Assembly: GCA_963796285.1 (NCBI GenBank)
Contig: CAWCKW010000001.1
Location: 32,001 to 96,000 of the forward strand
Direction of reading: 5' to 3'
Origin: Nitrospirota bacterium
GTDB lineage: Bacteria; Nitrospirota; UBA9217
Length of the DNA stretch: 64,000 bases
Of the stretch, positions 22,750-32,285 are shown piece by piece. The position numbers and the translations under genes are program-made. The notes beneath the pieces were generated by a model. The model saw only the letters and a list, made by a program, of their open reading frames with translations. It ran no database searches and was not told where the DNA came from. Position 1 is the stretch's first letter. Each line of letters begins with the position of its first letter.

Positions 22750-23191
22750 TTGTATTCACCTCCCTTCCTGAATTAAGATTCGATATATCTACCAGATTAT
22801 ACAAACATTGTCAAGTTTAATCATGATTTCTGCTGTATTCTCATAATTATTTGTTGCGATGTGCAGTGCTGCCCCGCTGCTGCTGTATGGGAACATCAGG
22901 CAGGAATGAGCGTATGAGTATGAGTATGGTAAATATAATATGAATCAAGCAGTTGAGGGCACTATTATTGGCATCAATAGTAATATATAGTCAGGCAGTC
23001 ATTTCTTGACAATCAGGGGTGATTCAGTTAGATTAAATTTGCCTTATAATGCAGGTGCAGGCGTATAAAAGATCGTTCATTCTCAGTTCTCACCACTATC
23101 GAGTAGAATTTTAAAAAACAATTTAGTGTTTTAACTAATAATTGTGTTCGGGATCTCGATATCAGGATTTCGGATTTATTACAAGCAATGC

Positions 23192-24298
23192 ATGGAGAGG
23201 ACACCCATCAGGAAACCTAAAGGTCTCAGGGCATATGTGCTTGCGGGATTGCTCGCGCTCATCACCCTTGTCCATTACCTGGTGGGCGGTGCACAAGCAG
23301 GTATGCTGCACAGCCTCCTCGGGCATCTGTACATCGTGCCGATCATCCTCGGGGCCTATTGGTTCGGGATCAAGGGCGGGGTAGGTGTTTCCCTGGCCTC
23401 GACGGTCCTGTTTTTACCGCACCTGTTCCTGCACTGGCATGACCCCTTATTAGAAGTCTACAACTACACAGAACTGTTCCTCTTTCTCCTGATCGGCAGT
23501 GTCACCGGCGTGATGAGCCAGATGGAGCGAAAACAGCGCATGCGGTATGAAGAATCCCTCCTCAGGCTCGATGAGTCTCATAGGAAGCTCAAGGATCAGA
23601 CAGACATCCTTTTTCAGACCGAGGAACAGCTTCGCCGCGCCGACCGCTTGTCTGCCCTCGGCGAACTGTCCGCTGGCATGGCCCACGAGATCAGGAACCC
23701 GCTGGGTTCGATCAAGGGAGCCGTCGAGATCCTGAGGGATGATTATGGTCCAGAGGAGCCCAAGTACGAGTTCATACAGATACTCTTGAAAGAGACCGAC
23801 CGGCTGAATCTGATCGTGCAGGAGTTCCTGGGGTTCGCGCGGCCCAAGCAACCGGAGTTCCAGCAGGCTGATCTGAATGAGGCCATTGAGTCTGTGCTCA
23901 CGCTCACGGCGCTGGAAGCGAAAAAGGCCGGAGTAAACATTGAAAAACGGCTTGATCCCTCGATCGGGTTGCGCAGCCTCGACATGAACCTGCTCAGACA
24001 GGCCTTCCTGAACCTGGTCCTGAACGCGATCCAGGCCATGGACGGCGGAGGAGTCCTGACCATAGTAAGTACGCTTCGGGGAGATGCAATCGAGATCACG
24101 GTCGCGGACACCGGTATCGGTATCAGCGAAGAGAACCGGAAGAAGCTCTTCAGCCCTTTTTTTACGACCAAGAAGTACGGTACCGGCCTCGGCCTTGCGA
24201 TCACCTACCGGATCATCGAGAATCACCGAGGAACGATCGATGTGACGAGCGGGCAGGGGAAGGGGACGACCTTCACGGTGAAGATCCCGGTCGCTTAA
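23192..24298 (+). CDS. Membrane sensor histidine kinase (NtrB/ZraS-like)
   Basis: MAHEIRNPL, NLVLNAIQAM, DTGIGI, FFTTK, GTGLGL; His-containing TM region; start uncertain. Confidence 0.92.
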   Translation: MERTPIRKPKGLRAYVLAGLLALITLVHYLVGGAQAGMLHSLLGHLYIVPIILGAYWFGIKGGVGVSLASTVLFLPHLFLHWHDPLLEVYNYTELFLFLLIGSVTGVMSQMERKQRMRYEESLLRLDESHRKLKDQTDILFQTEEQLRRADRLSALGELSAGMAHEIRNPLGSIKGAVEILRDDYGPEEPKYEFIQILLKETDRLNLIVQEFLGFARPKQPEFQQADLNEAIESVLTLTALEAKKAGVNIEKRLDPSIGLRSLDMNLLRQAFLNLVLNAIQAMDGGGVLTIVSTLRGDAIEITVADTGIGISEENRKKLFSPFFTTKKYGTGLGLAITYRIIENHRGTIDVTSGQGKGTTFTVKIPVA

Positions 24299-24399
24299 GA
24301 CCTTCTGTCACAAATACACGAAGAGTTGATTGGATAAAGAAAAAAAATTCTCAGTTTCTATCTGTTCCTTAGTGACTCCGTGATGAACAGGTTTCTCTT

Positions 24400-25752
24400 A
24401 TGAAAAAATCGGTCATTCTGCTCATAGACGATGACGACAGCCTGCGCCGGGTCATGGAGTTCAGCCTGACCGAGGCGGGACACACTGTCCAGACAGCGGC
24501 GAGCGGCGAGGACGGGTTGCGGTTGTTCGAAAAAGGCGCCTTTGATGCGGTGATCACCGATATCACCATGCCCGGAATGAGCGGCATGGAGGTGCTGGCG
24601 AAGGTCCGCCAGCGTGTCCCCACCATTCCCGTGATCGTCATTACTGCGTACGGTACGATCGAAAGCGCGGTTGAGGCCATGAAGCAGGGCGCCTTCGACT
24701 ACATCACTAAACCGTTCAACCGCGATGAACTTCGGCTTACACTCGAGAAGGCAATCAAGATGCGGCGACTCGAGAAGGAGAACGTGGAGCTTCGGGCCGA
24801 GGTCACGGACCGCTATTGCTTCGAAAGCATTATCGGCAGCAGCGAGAAGATGAAGGAAGTCCTGGACCTGGCAGGGCGCGTGGCCGCAAGCGATGCGAGC
24901 CTGCTGATCACGGGCGAAAGCGGTACGGGCAAGGAACTGTTGGCCAAGGGCGTGCACTTTAACAGCCAGAGGGCCAACGGGCCCTTTATTGCCGTAAACT
25001 GCGCGGCGATCCCCGAGGCCCTGATCGAGAGCGAGCTTTTCGGCCATGTAAAGGGTTCATTCACCGGCGCGGTGAGGGACAAAGAGGGCAAGTTCGAGCT
25101 TGCCGACGGCGGCACGCTGTTCCTCGACGAGGTCGGCGACCTGCGTATCGATCTGCAGGCCAAGATCCTGCGGGCGCTCCAGGAGCGGGAGGTCGACCGT
25201 GTTGGCGGCAACAAACCCGTGACCGTGGATGTGCGCGTGATCGCGGCGACGAACAAGGACATCGAGCGGGCAGTGAAGGAGGGCGCCTTTCGCGAGGACC
25301 TGTACTACCGCTTGAACGTGATCACGCTCTTCATCCCGCCGCTGCGCGAGCGGAAGGAAGACATCCCCCTGCTTGCCGGTCATTTTCTGAAAAAGTTCAA
25401 TACCGACGCCGATGTCCATATGGATGCTTCGGCGCTCTCGGCGCTCACGGCGTACGGCTGGCCCGGCAACGTACGCGAGCTTGAGAACGTGATCGAACGG
25501 GCATCGGTGCTCAAGCGGGGATCGCTCATAACGCGTGAAGAACTGCCGGATAATCTGAAGAAAGAAAAAATGGGCGTCGAGGACCTTATCCTCAATATAC
25601 CTGAACAGGGGATCTCCCTTGAAGAGTTGGAGAAGAAACTCATCATGAAAGCGCTCGACAAGCACAAAGGCAATCAGACGCGGGCAGCCGAATTTCTGGG
25701 GATCACCAGGCCGACGCTTATCTATCGCATGGAAAAGTTCAGGCTGAAATAA
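24400..25752 (+). CDS. Sigma54-dependent response regulator (NtrC family)
   Basis: REC domain, GESGTGKE, ELFGHVKGSFTGA, FLDEVG, WPGNVREL, Fis-type HTH. Confidence 0.96.
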   Translation: MKKSVILLIDDDDSLRRVMEFSLTEAGHTVQTAASGEDGLRLFEKGAFDAVITDITMPGMSGMEVLAKVRQRVPTIPVIVITAYGTIESAVEAMKQGAFDYITKPFNRDELRLTLEKAIKMRRLEKENVELRAEVTDRYCFESIIGSSEKMKEVLDLAGRVAASDASLLITGESGTGKELLAKGVHFNSQRANGPFIAVNCAAIPEALIESELFGHVKGSFTGAVRDKEGKFELADGGTLFLDEVGDLRIDLQAKILRALQEREVDRVGGNKPVTVDVRVIAATNKDIERAVKEGAFREDLYYRLNVITLFIPPLRERKEDIPLLAGHFLKKFNTDADVHMDASALSALTAYGWPGNVRELENVIERASVLKRGSLITREELPDNLKKEKMGVEDLILNIPEQGISLEELEKKLIMKALDKHKGNQTRAAEFLGITRPTLIYRMEKFRLK

Positions 25753-25848
25753 ACGATGACAGGCGGATAAAAATACTTTTCCAGAACACCGGATACGTGT
25801 ATTATGTCTTGCGCACCAGAGACTATTCTAATATCGGTGGAGGAACGT

Positions 25849-26055
25849 ATGGCAATTTCAAAACTCAAGATACAGGGCATGACCTGCAATCACTGTGTGA
25901 TGCGGGTAGCAAAGGCGCTTAAGGCGCTCCCTGGCGTAACGGACGCCCAGGTAGATCTGCAGAAAGGCGAGGCCGTGGTGACGTATGATGATGCCAAAGT
26001 CGCGCCGGAAAAGCTTTCTTTTGCTGTGGTAGAGGCCGGTTACAGGGTCGGTTAA
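25849..26055 (+). CDS. copZ: Copper chaperone, HMA domain (CopZ-like)
   Basis: GMTCNHC, VEAGY; GGAGG RBS. Confidence 0.88.
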   Translation: MAISKLKIQGMTCNHCVMRVAKALKALPGVTDAQVDLQKGEAVVTYDDAKVAPEKLSFAVVEAGYRVG

Positions 26056-26343
26056 AAAATTGGCCGGAACCCGTTCCTTGTTGAATAGGACGTATCAGGG
26101 ATTTGCGGGTGTGGCGGAATCAGAACCTTGGCGGGGCGGTGATTTCCCCTTCGCTGTGAAGAGGATGTAAGTCTCATCGAACTTCTCAAACGAGGACAGG
26201 AGTGGCAAGGTCAATCTGCCTTTGTCCCTCCTTCCCCAAGAAGGGATTGTTACTTCCTCCCTTTGCGACAGGGCGGTCAGTCGTAAAGGGAGCAGTTTGC
26301 CGAGGTAATTATGAGACCGGTAATAAGTTAATAGAGGTGGCAG

Positions 26344-27102
26344 TTGGACGATACTGGCCGGTGGAAAATCATACTTAAAAAAAAGTTCAGTCGGCAGCTT
26401 CCTCTGGACATTGAATATTGTTCTCCGCTCTCCATTCGGGCCATACTCCTCGATGTCCGCACGCCCGCTCATATCCTTGATCGTATTGCCCAGGCCTATT
26501 GCGATGACCAGGAGATCATGCGAGATCTCGTCCGCTGCCCGAACCTGGATGAGACCACGCTCGCTTTTATAGCGCTGACCGCGTCGGATGAGATCAAAGG
26601 CTTCATTGCGAGCACCCGCGTCGTTGACGTGGTGTTCGGAGAGGCTGCCTCGGGAGAAGAGGCCCAGCAAGTGACGCCAAAGAAAAAACTGAATGTCATG
26701 CAGGTCATCCAGAGAATGACCATTCCGCAGAAGGTCAAACTCGCATTGTCCGGGGCAAAGGAAGCCAGGGGCCTGCTTATTCGTGAATCAAGCAAAACGA
26801 TCGCAATGTCAGTGCTGGCAAACCCGCGGATCACCCTCGGTGAGATCGAGTTCTTCGCCAAGTCATCGAACCTGAGCGAAGATGTCATCCGTAAGATTGG
26901 GACCAACTCTGAGTGGTCAAAAAAATATGCAGTTGTTTCCGCTCTTGTGAACAACCCCAAGACCCCGGTCGCGATTGCGCTCGGGTTTATCCCCCGGATC
27001 CCTGAACGGGATCTTGCCATACTTGAAAAAAGCCGCAATATCCCTGGACCGGTGCGGACGGCGGCGAGGAACCTGCTCGCTAAGAAAAAAATGGGTAAAT
27101 AA
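26344..27102 (+). CDS. Conserved hypothetical helical-repeat protein
   Basis: 252-aa ORF after GAGGTG; QKVKLALSGAKEARGLLIRES, VLANPRIT, LVNNPKTP. Confidence 0.75.
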   Translation: MDDTGRWKIILKKKFSRQLPLDIEYCSPLSIRAILLDVRTPAHILDRIAQAYCDDQEIMRDLVRCPNLDETTLAFIALTASDEIKGFIASTRVVDVVFGEAASGEEAQQVTPKKKLNVMQVIQRMTIPQKVKLALSGAKEARGLLIRESSKTIAMSVLANPRITLGEIEFFAKSSNLSEDVIRKIGTNSEWSKKYAVVSALVNNPKTPVAIALGFIPRIPERDLAILEKSRNIPGPVRTAARNLLAKKKMGK

Positions 27103-27169
27103 CAGCGAACCCCCTCCCCGATCTGAAGCGATGGAGACGCTCATATTTCACGATCCCTTGAAAAGGAGA

Positions 27170-28174
27170 ATGACCAGTTACGTGAAGCGTATAATTTCCC
27201 TTATAGTGTTGGCCGTCGCGCTTGTTGCCGGCTGCACCAGGGCCAGGACCGTCCAGAAGACTGAGCCGATCATGGGTACGGATGTTACGATCACGGTTGT
27301 GGCGCGGTCGATGGAAGAGGGCGAGGCAGCCATTGAAGCGGGGATGGCGGAGCTGCGACGGCTGGATGACATGATGTCGCTCTACAAGGACACGAGCGAG
27401 ATCTCGAAAGTGAACCTTGCCGCAGGCAGGGAACCGGTAAAAGTATCGCCGGAGATGATCGAGGTCGTTGAACAGGCAGCGGAGATCTCGCGTCTTTCGG
27501 GCGGCGTATTCGATGTGACCATCGGCCCCCTGGTCGTTTTGTGGCAGATGCGGCTCAAGGAGGGCAGGGTCCCTTCGGACGACGAGATCGCGCGCGTCCG
27601 TCCCCTCGTAAATTATCGGAACATCGTTGTTGACAGGACGGCTTCGACGATCTTTCTTAAAAAAACCGGCATGATCATGGACTTCGGCGGTATGAAGGGA
27701 TACACGGCGGACCGGGTCGCAGATCTATTCAGAAAACGGGGCATCAAAAACGCCATTATTGCGGTTGCCGGCGACATCTGGGTGCTGGGGCGCCGGGACG
27801 ACGGTACACCCTGGAGGATCGGTGTGCAGCATCCCCGGGAGCATGATAAGACCCTTGCCGTCCTGGATCTCAGCGACAAATATGTTTCCACATCCGGGGA
27901 TTATGAACGGTTCGTCATCAGGGAAAAGAAGCGCTATCATCACATCATCGATCCCCGCACAGGGAAACCGTCAACGGGGGTCATCTCGGTGACCCTTGTC
28001 GGAGACAGAGGGGCGTTCATCGATCCGCTTGCCAAGGTCCCGTTCATTCTTGGTCCGGAAGAGGGCATGAAGATCGTGAAGAAGTTCGGAGCCCAGGCAA
28101 TTATCGTGGATGAGAATGGAAAGGTCTTCATGACCGATGGGATCAAAAACCTGCTGGACCAGCAAGGCCATTAA
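27170..28174 (+). CDS. apbE: FAD:protein FMN transferase (ApbE lipoprotein)
   Basis: Lipobox VAGC, MGTDV, FDVTIGPL, KGYTAD, STSGDYER, HHIIDPRTG. Confidence 0.93.
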   Translation: MTSYVKRIISLIVLAVALVAGCTRARTVQKTEPIMGTDVTITVVARSMEEGEAAIEAGMAELRRLDDMMSLYKDTSEISKVNLAAGREPVKVSPEMIEVVEQAAEISRLSGGVFDVTIGPLVVLWQMRLKEGRVPSDDEIARVRPLVNYRNIVVDRTASTIFLKKTGMIMDFGGMKGYTADRVADLFRKRGIKNAIIAVAGDIWVLGRRDDGTPWRIGVQHPREHDKTLAVLDLSDKYVSTSGDYERFVIREKKRYHHIIDPRTGKPSTGVISVTLVGDRGAFIDPLAKVPFILGPEEGMKIVKKFGAQAIIVDENGKVFMTDGIKNLLDQQGH

Positions 28175-28271
28175 TGCTTTCTTCATGATTTGTCCTGACC
28201 CGGGCAAACCCTGCACAGGGAGGGACAGGCTGGAACAACATGATTGTATGTTTTGACAGGAGTATGACTGC

Positions 28272-28721
28272 ATGAAAAAATCCACACCGATAAAAGTGAT
28301 GTTTCTCTGCACCGGCAATGCCTGCCGGAGCCAGATGGCAGAAGGTTTTGCCAGAGCATTGGGAAATGGATTGATCGATGCTTACAGCGCCGGTATCATA
28401 GCAGCAGGAGTTCACCCCCGCGCGATCGCGGTAATGAAAGAGCTCAACATTGATATATCGCGCCAGAAATCGACGGTGATCGATGAGAAACTGCTGAAGA
28501 CCATGGACGTGGTCATCACCCTCTGCGGTAACGCCGAAGAAGCTTGTCCGAGGACGCCGCCGGAGATCAAAAGGATCCATTGGCCGATCAACGATCCGGT
28601 CGGGACTTTGGGTTCAGAGGTGAGGATCATGAAGGAGTTTCGGCGGGCCAGAGATGAGATCAGAAATAGGGTGGATGATTTCATCAACAAGCTTCTGACG
28701 CATGAGGGCAAGGGGGCTTGA
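28272..28721 (+). CDS. arsC: Arsenate reductase, thioredoxin-coupled LMW-PTPase family
   Basis: FLCTGNACRSQMAEG, ITLCGNAEEACP, HWPINDP. Confidence 0.9.
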   Translation: MKKSTPIKVMFLCTGNACRSQMAEGFARALGNGLIDAYSAGIIAAGVHPRAIAVMKELNIDISRQKSTVIDEKLLKTMDVVITLCGNAEEACPRTPPEIKRIHWPINDPVGTLGSEVRIMKEFRRARDEIRNRVDDFINKLLTHEGKGA

Positions 28722-28853
28722 ATTAAAACCGCGTTTGATCGAAAAAGGTCGTCAACGAAAAAAACTATTGCGATTGTCCGAAGAGATGGGTAATATATGA
28801 AGACAAATAATATCTGAGTTCAGGTACTCAGACAAAGAAGGAGGAAGTTGAGA

Positions 28854-29159
28854 ATGGTAAGTTTGACGGACAGTGCTATAGGCAAGTTCAAGGAAACGGT
28901 TGCTAAGCAGGGAACTGCTGGAGACGGCGTCAGGATATTCGTTGTCCCGGGCGGTTGAAGCCCCTCTTTGGCTATGGACATAGCCAAAGCAGCCCTGAAG
29001 GGAGATACGACCCTTGAGTTACAGGGATTGAAGCTGTTTCTCGAAGAGCGCGCCAGCGACATGCTGATGAGCACGATGATCGATTTTCAGGAAGGGCAGG
29101 GTTTTGTGCTTTCGGGCATGCAACCAAGCTCTTGCGGTTCTTCCTGCAGTAGTTGTTGA
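28854..29159 (+). CDS. HesB/IscA-like protein with in-frame UGA (predicted selenocysteine at codon 35)
   Basis: AAGGAGG RBS; MVSLTDSAIGKFK...VRIFVVPGG-TGA(28956)-SPSLAMD...CGSSCSSC; UGA sits at the GGC cysteine of HesB; hairpin follows. Confidence 0.88.
28966..28989 (+). promoter_or_regulatory. Bacterial SECIS-like hairpin
   Basis: Perfect 10-bp stem CTTTGGCTAT-GGAC-ATAGCCAAAG; G-first loop begins 18 nt after the UGA. Confidence 0.75.
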
Positions 29160-29182
29160 CCATATCGACATGAGATAATTTC

Positions 29183-29218
29183 AACCGCTGTCCTGTTCAT
29201 CGGGACAGCGGTTTTTTT
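29183..29218 (+). terminator. Intrinsic terminator after HesB-like gene
   Basis: AACCGCTGTCC...GGACAGCGGTT then T-run. Confidence 0.85.
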
Positions 29219-29557
29219 GTTCTCAAGCTGTATTTCTTCGATCCTTTCGAGGTATTCTGCCTCAAGTAATAAATACCTTCCCCATTTTTGCTAAAATACA
29301 AGAGAGATGTCTTGTCATTCAAATATCGGCTTTGATTACGTCGCAACCGGTGAGGACGCTTGTGGGCTCGATGCTCGTGGTGATGGTGACGAAACGATTG
29401 GGGTATTGATGCTTCGAATAAATGTTTCTCAGTGACCATAGAAAGGACAGGGAGAATATATTCATGTATAATTTAAGTATCTTCCTGGGCTGACTAAGAA
29501 AGCATGATACAGATGCATTGAAGGAACGATGCCTCCGGGGAATGCAGGATATCTGGC

Positions 29558-30298
29558 ATGATTGAAATCAATAATTTGACAATCAGCGTCGAAGGGAAAA
29601 AGATTCTCAATGGTGTGAATCTCACTATCGGGGACGGAGAGACCGTTGTCCTGTTCGGTCCGAATGGATCTGGAAAGACCTCGCTCCTGAAAACGATCAT
29701 GGGTATGCCGCAGTTCAAGGTGGAATCGGGAACCATCATTTACCGGGGCAATGAGATAACAGCGCGCAGTCTTGACGAACGCGCCCGGCTCGGGATCGGC
29801 ATGGTATATCAGAATCCTCCGGCGGTCCGGGGGGTGAGGCTTAAAGAAATTCTTCGCATCTGCATGGAAAAGAACGGCACCTACACGGAGGGGCGGATCA
29901 GCGAGGCCGCGGAGAAATTGAACCTCACCGATTTTTTGGACAGAGACATTAATCTGGGCTTTTCCGGCGGAGAGCTCAAGCGGTCGGAACTTCTCCAACT
30001 GTTTGCCCAAAACCCCGAGTTCGTGATGCTTGATGAGCCTGATTCGGGCGTGGACCTGGTCAATATCAATCTGGTGGGTATCGCGATCAATGAGCTGCTT
30101 GAAAAAGATAAACGGAAAGACAAGAGAATCAAGGCGGGGCTGATCATAACGCATGCCGGTTACATCCTGGACTATGTGAATGCGGACCGGGCATATGTCA
30201 TGCTGGACGGTGCCGTGACCTGCTCGGGAAATCCGAGAGACGTTCTGGAGGACATACGAACGAAAGGATTTAAGGGGTGTATGCAATGCCGGAAATGA
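29558..30298 (+). CDS. sufC: Fe-S assembly ABC ATPase SufC (SmsC-type)
   Basis: GPNGSGKT, GFSGGELKR, LDEPDSGVD, C-terminal C...CMQC. Confidence 0.9.
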   Translation: MIEINNLTISVEGKKILNGVNLTIGDGETVVLFGPNGSGKTSLLKTIMGMPQFKVESGTIIYRGNEITARSLDERARLGIGMVYQNPPAVRGVRLKEILRICMEKNGTYTEGRISEAAEKLNLTDFLDRDINLGFSGGELKRSELLQLFAQNPEFVMLDEPDSGVDLVNINLVGIAINELLEKDKRKDKRIKAGLIITHAGYILDYVNADRAYVMLDGAVTCSGNPRDVLEDIRTKGFKGCMQCRK

Positions 30299-31509
30299 AT
30301 ATTAAGGAAAAGGCAAAAGGGGCAGAGAAAAAACCCGCTGCCATCGGTCCGGATATCGATCTTTCCGCGTATTCCAATTCGGCGGAGGAACACGGTGAGA
30401 TCCAGCGATTACAGGGACTCCCAACAGAGGTGCGGGAGAGGTCTGCCACGGTGGGTATGGATGCGGAGGAGGCATGCAGGGCGGGGTCATTCTTTCAGAT
30501 GGACCATTCTGTTATTCTCTCAACGGCCCTTCAAAGCGGCCTTGAGGTGATGAGTATCACCGAAGCGCTCAACAAATACGATTGGCTGAAAGACTACTGG
30601 TGGAAGGCCGTGCAGGTGGAGACGGATAAATATACCGCTCAGGCGGAGTTGAAACAGAACCATGGCTATTTTCTAAGGGCGTTGCCCGGAGCACGGGCAG
30701 AATTTCCGCTACAGGCATGCCTCTACATGACGCGGGAAGGATTGGCGCAGAACGTACATAATATTGTCATTGCCGAGGAAGGCTCAGAGCTTCATATTAT
30801 CACGGGCTGTACAACAGCGCCGCGCGTGAGCACCGGACTCCATGTCGGCATCTCAGAGTTCTACGTGAAGAAGAACGCAAAAGTCACCTTTACCATGATC
30901 CATAACTGGGCCGAGGGTGTTGCCGTTCGTCCGAGGAGCGGAACGATCATTGACGAGAACGGTGTTTTCATGAGCAACTATATTTGCATGAGACCGGTAA
31001 AAAGCCTGCAGACGTACCCAACCGCATACTGCATCGGCGAGAACGCCACCGTGAGATACAATACCATCCTGGTAGCGCCGGAGGGATCTCAGATGGACGT
31101 GGGTTCACGGGTTTTCCTGCGGGCAAAGGGCAGCCGGGCGGAGGCCGTTGCGCGGACCATTACGAAAGGGGGCGATATTGTGTCGAGAGGTTGTCTCGTC
31201 GGGGAGGTCCCGGGGGTCAAAGCGCACCTGGAGTGCCGGGGACTTATTCTTTCTGAACGCGGGACGATCCTCGCCATACCCGAGCTCGATGCCAGAGTGG
31301 GCGGCGTCGACATGTCCCACGAAGCGGCTGTGGGAAAGATCGCGGAGGCAGAGATCCAGTACTTGATGTCACGGGGGCTGACCAGCGATGAAGCGACAGC
31401 CGCGATCGTCAGAGGTTTTCTTGATGTTGAGATAAAGGGCCTGCCGGAGCATCTCAAGGCAGAGATCAAAAAGGCGCTCCGGACGGGAGAGGGAAAGGGG
31501 CTCCTGTAA
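30286..31509 (+). CDS. sufB: SufB/SufD-family Fe-S scaffold (SmsB-type)
   Basis: PLQACL, HIITGCT, HLECRGLIL, MSHEAAVGKI, YLMSRG. Confidence 0.9.
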   Translation: MPEMNIKEKAKGAEKKPAAIGPDIDLSAYSNSAEEHGEIQRLQGLPTEVRERSATVGMDAEEACRAGSFFQMDHSVILSTALQSGLEVMSITEALNKYDWLKDYWWKAVQVETDKYTAQAELKQNHGYFLRALPGARAEFPLQACLYMTREGLAQNVHNIVIAEEGSELHIITGCTTAPRVSTGLHVGISEFYVKKNAKVTFTMIHNWAEGVAVRPRSGTIIDENGVFMSNYICMRPVKSLQTYPTAYCIGENATVRYNTILVAPEGSQMDVGSRVFLRAKGSRAEAVARTITKGGDIVSRGCLVGEVPGVKAHLECRGLILSERGTILAIPELDARVGGVDMSHEAAVGKIAEAEIQYLMSRGLTSDEATAAIVRGFLDVEIKGLPEHLKAEIKKALRTGEGKGLL

Positions 31510-31515
31510 ATGTTG

Positions 31516-31579
31516 CCAGGTCGGCGTCGAGCCAGCGGCTAACGAAGCGTCTGGTTTTGCATCGCTCTACATGACCTAC
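31516..31579. repeat. Degenerate GTAG-type REP (possibly a doublet) between convergent genes
   Basis: Minus strand GTAGGTCATGTAGAGCGATGCAAAACCAGAC at 31549-31579; weaker opposed copy from 31516. Confidence 0.4.
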
Positions 31580-31605
31580 CGACGACAAACTGAATATTGT
31601 GTGGT

Positions 31606-31998
31606 TTAGTCGTTCTTCTTTTCCCTGCTTTTCTGTTGCAGGGCGCTGAAGATCATATCGAGAACGTTTTCCTGCTGGCCCTCATATTTGTTCAGCACCG
31701 CCAGGCAGCTGCCCATCGGGAAACGGTTGTGCAGATAGTCGGCGTCGTGTCCTGAAAGGATGATGACGCGGTTCTTGCTAACCCCTTTGGAGACGGCGTA
31801 GGAGAGGATCTTCGAGCCGTCCAGTCCGGGCATCTCCAGATCGACCAGCAGGAGATCGAGGTCCTCGGTGATAGAGGCAAGGCATTTGATCGGATCATTG
31901 CAGGTCAGGACAGTAAGACCGGGGTAGCGCTCGGCAACGTACTTTGTAAGCACCTTGAGAAATGTTTCATCATCATCGATCAGTAGCACTTTTCCCAT
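31606..31998 (-). CDS. Single-domain response regulator
   Basis: VLLIDDD, LLLVDLEMPGLDG, IILSG. Confidence 0.85.
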   Translation of the reverse strand: MGKVLLIDDDETFLKVLTKYVAERYPGLTVLTCNDPIKCLASITEDLDLLLVDLEMPGLDGSKILSYAVSKGVSKNRVIILSGHDADYLHNRFPMGSCLAVLNKYEGQQENVLDMIFSALQQKSREKKND

Positions 31999-32234
31999 CT
32001 TCTGTCTGCCTTATTCTTTTCTTGAACAGCGCATCCGGCAGTTTTTGCCAGTGATAAGAGAACGCTAGTACTATATCAGAAAGGAGAATATCTTGTACAT
32101 ACCATTTTAATAAATCAGCTCTTTTCACAATGAGGTTCTTTCCGGAGAAGACGATTTAATCCTTTCTTAGCCCACGCTTATCACTGAGAGACACCGTTGA
32201 TATGGTTGAGATGGGGATAGTGAGGTAGATACAA

Positions 32235-32273
32235 ATGCCGGCGGGTGGGGGGGTGAAGCTATTCCCGCCGGCA
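32235..32273 (-). terminator. Hairpin after ExtKL-like gene
   Basis: ATGCCGGCGGG...CCCGCCGGCAT 11-bp stem. Confidence 0.55.
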
Positions 32274-32285
32274 TGGTGAAGAAGT

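Noticed and set aside
22958-22975. GGGCAC-N5-TTGG as a sigma54 promoter
   Set aside because: The -12 dinucleotide is GG, not the required GC
24305-24385. TCACAAATACACGAAG / CTTAGTGACTCCGTGA between kinase and regulator as another repeat doublet
   Set aside because: Too degenerate to support without a genome-wide consensus
28200-28240. GGGCAAACCCTGCACAGGAGGGAC upstream of arsC as a c-di-GMP-I riboswitch
   Set aside because: Lacks the GNRA loop, the GCAAAGC junction and the second stem
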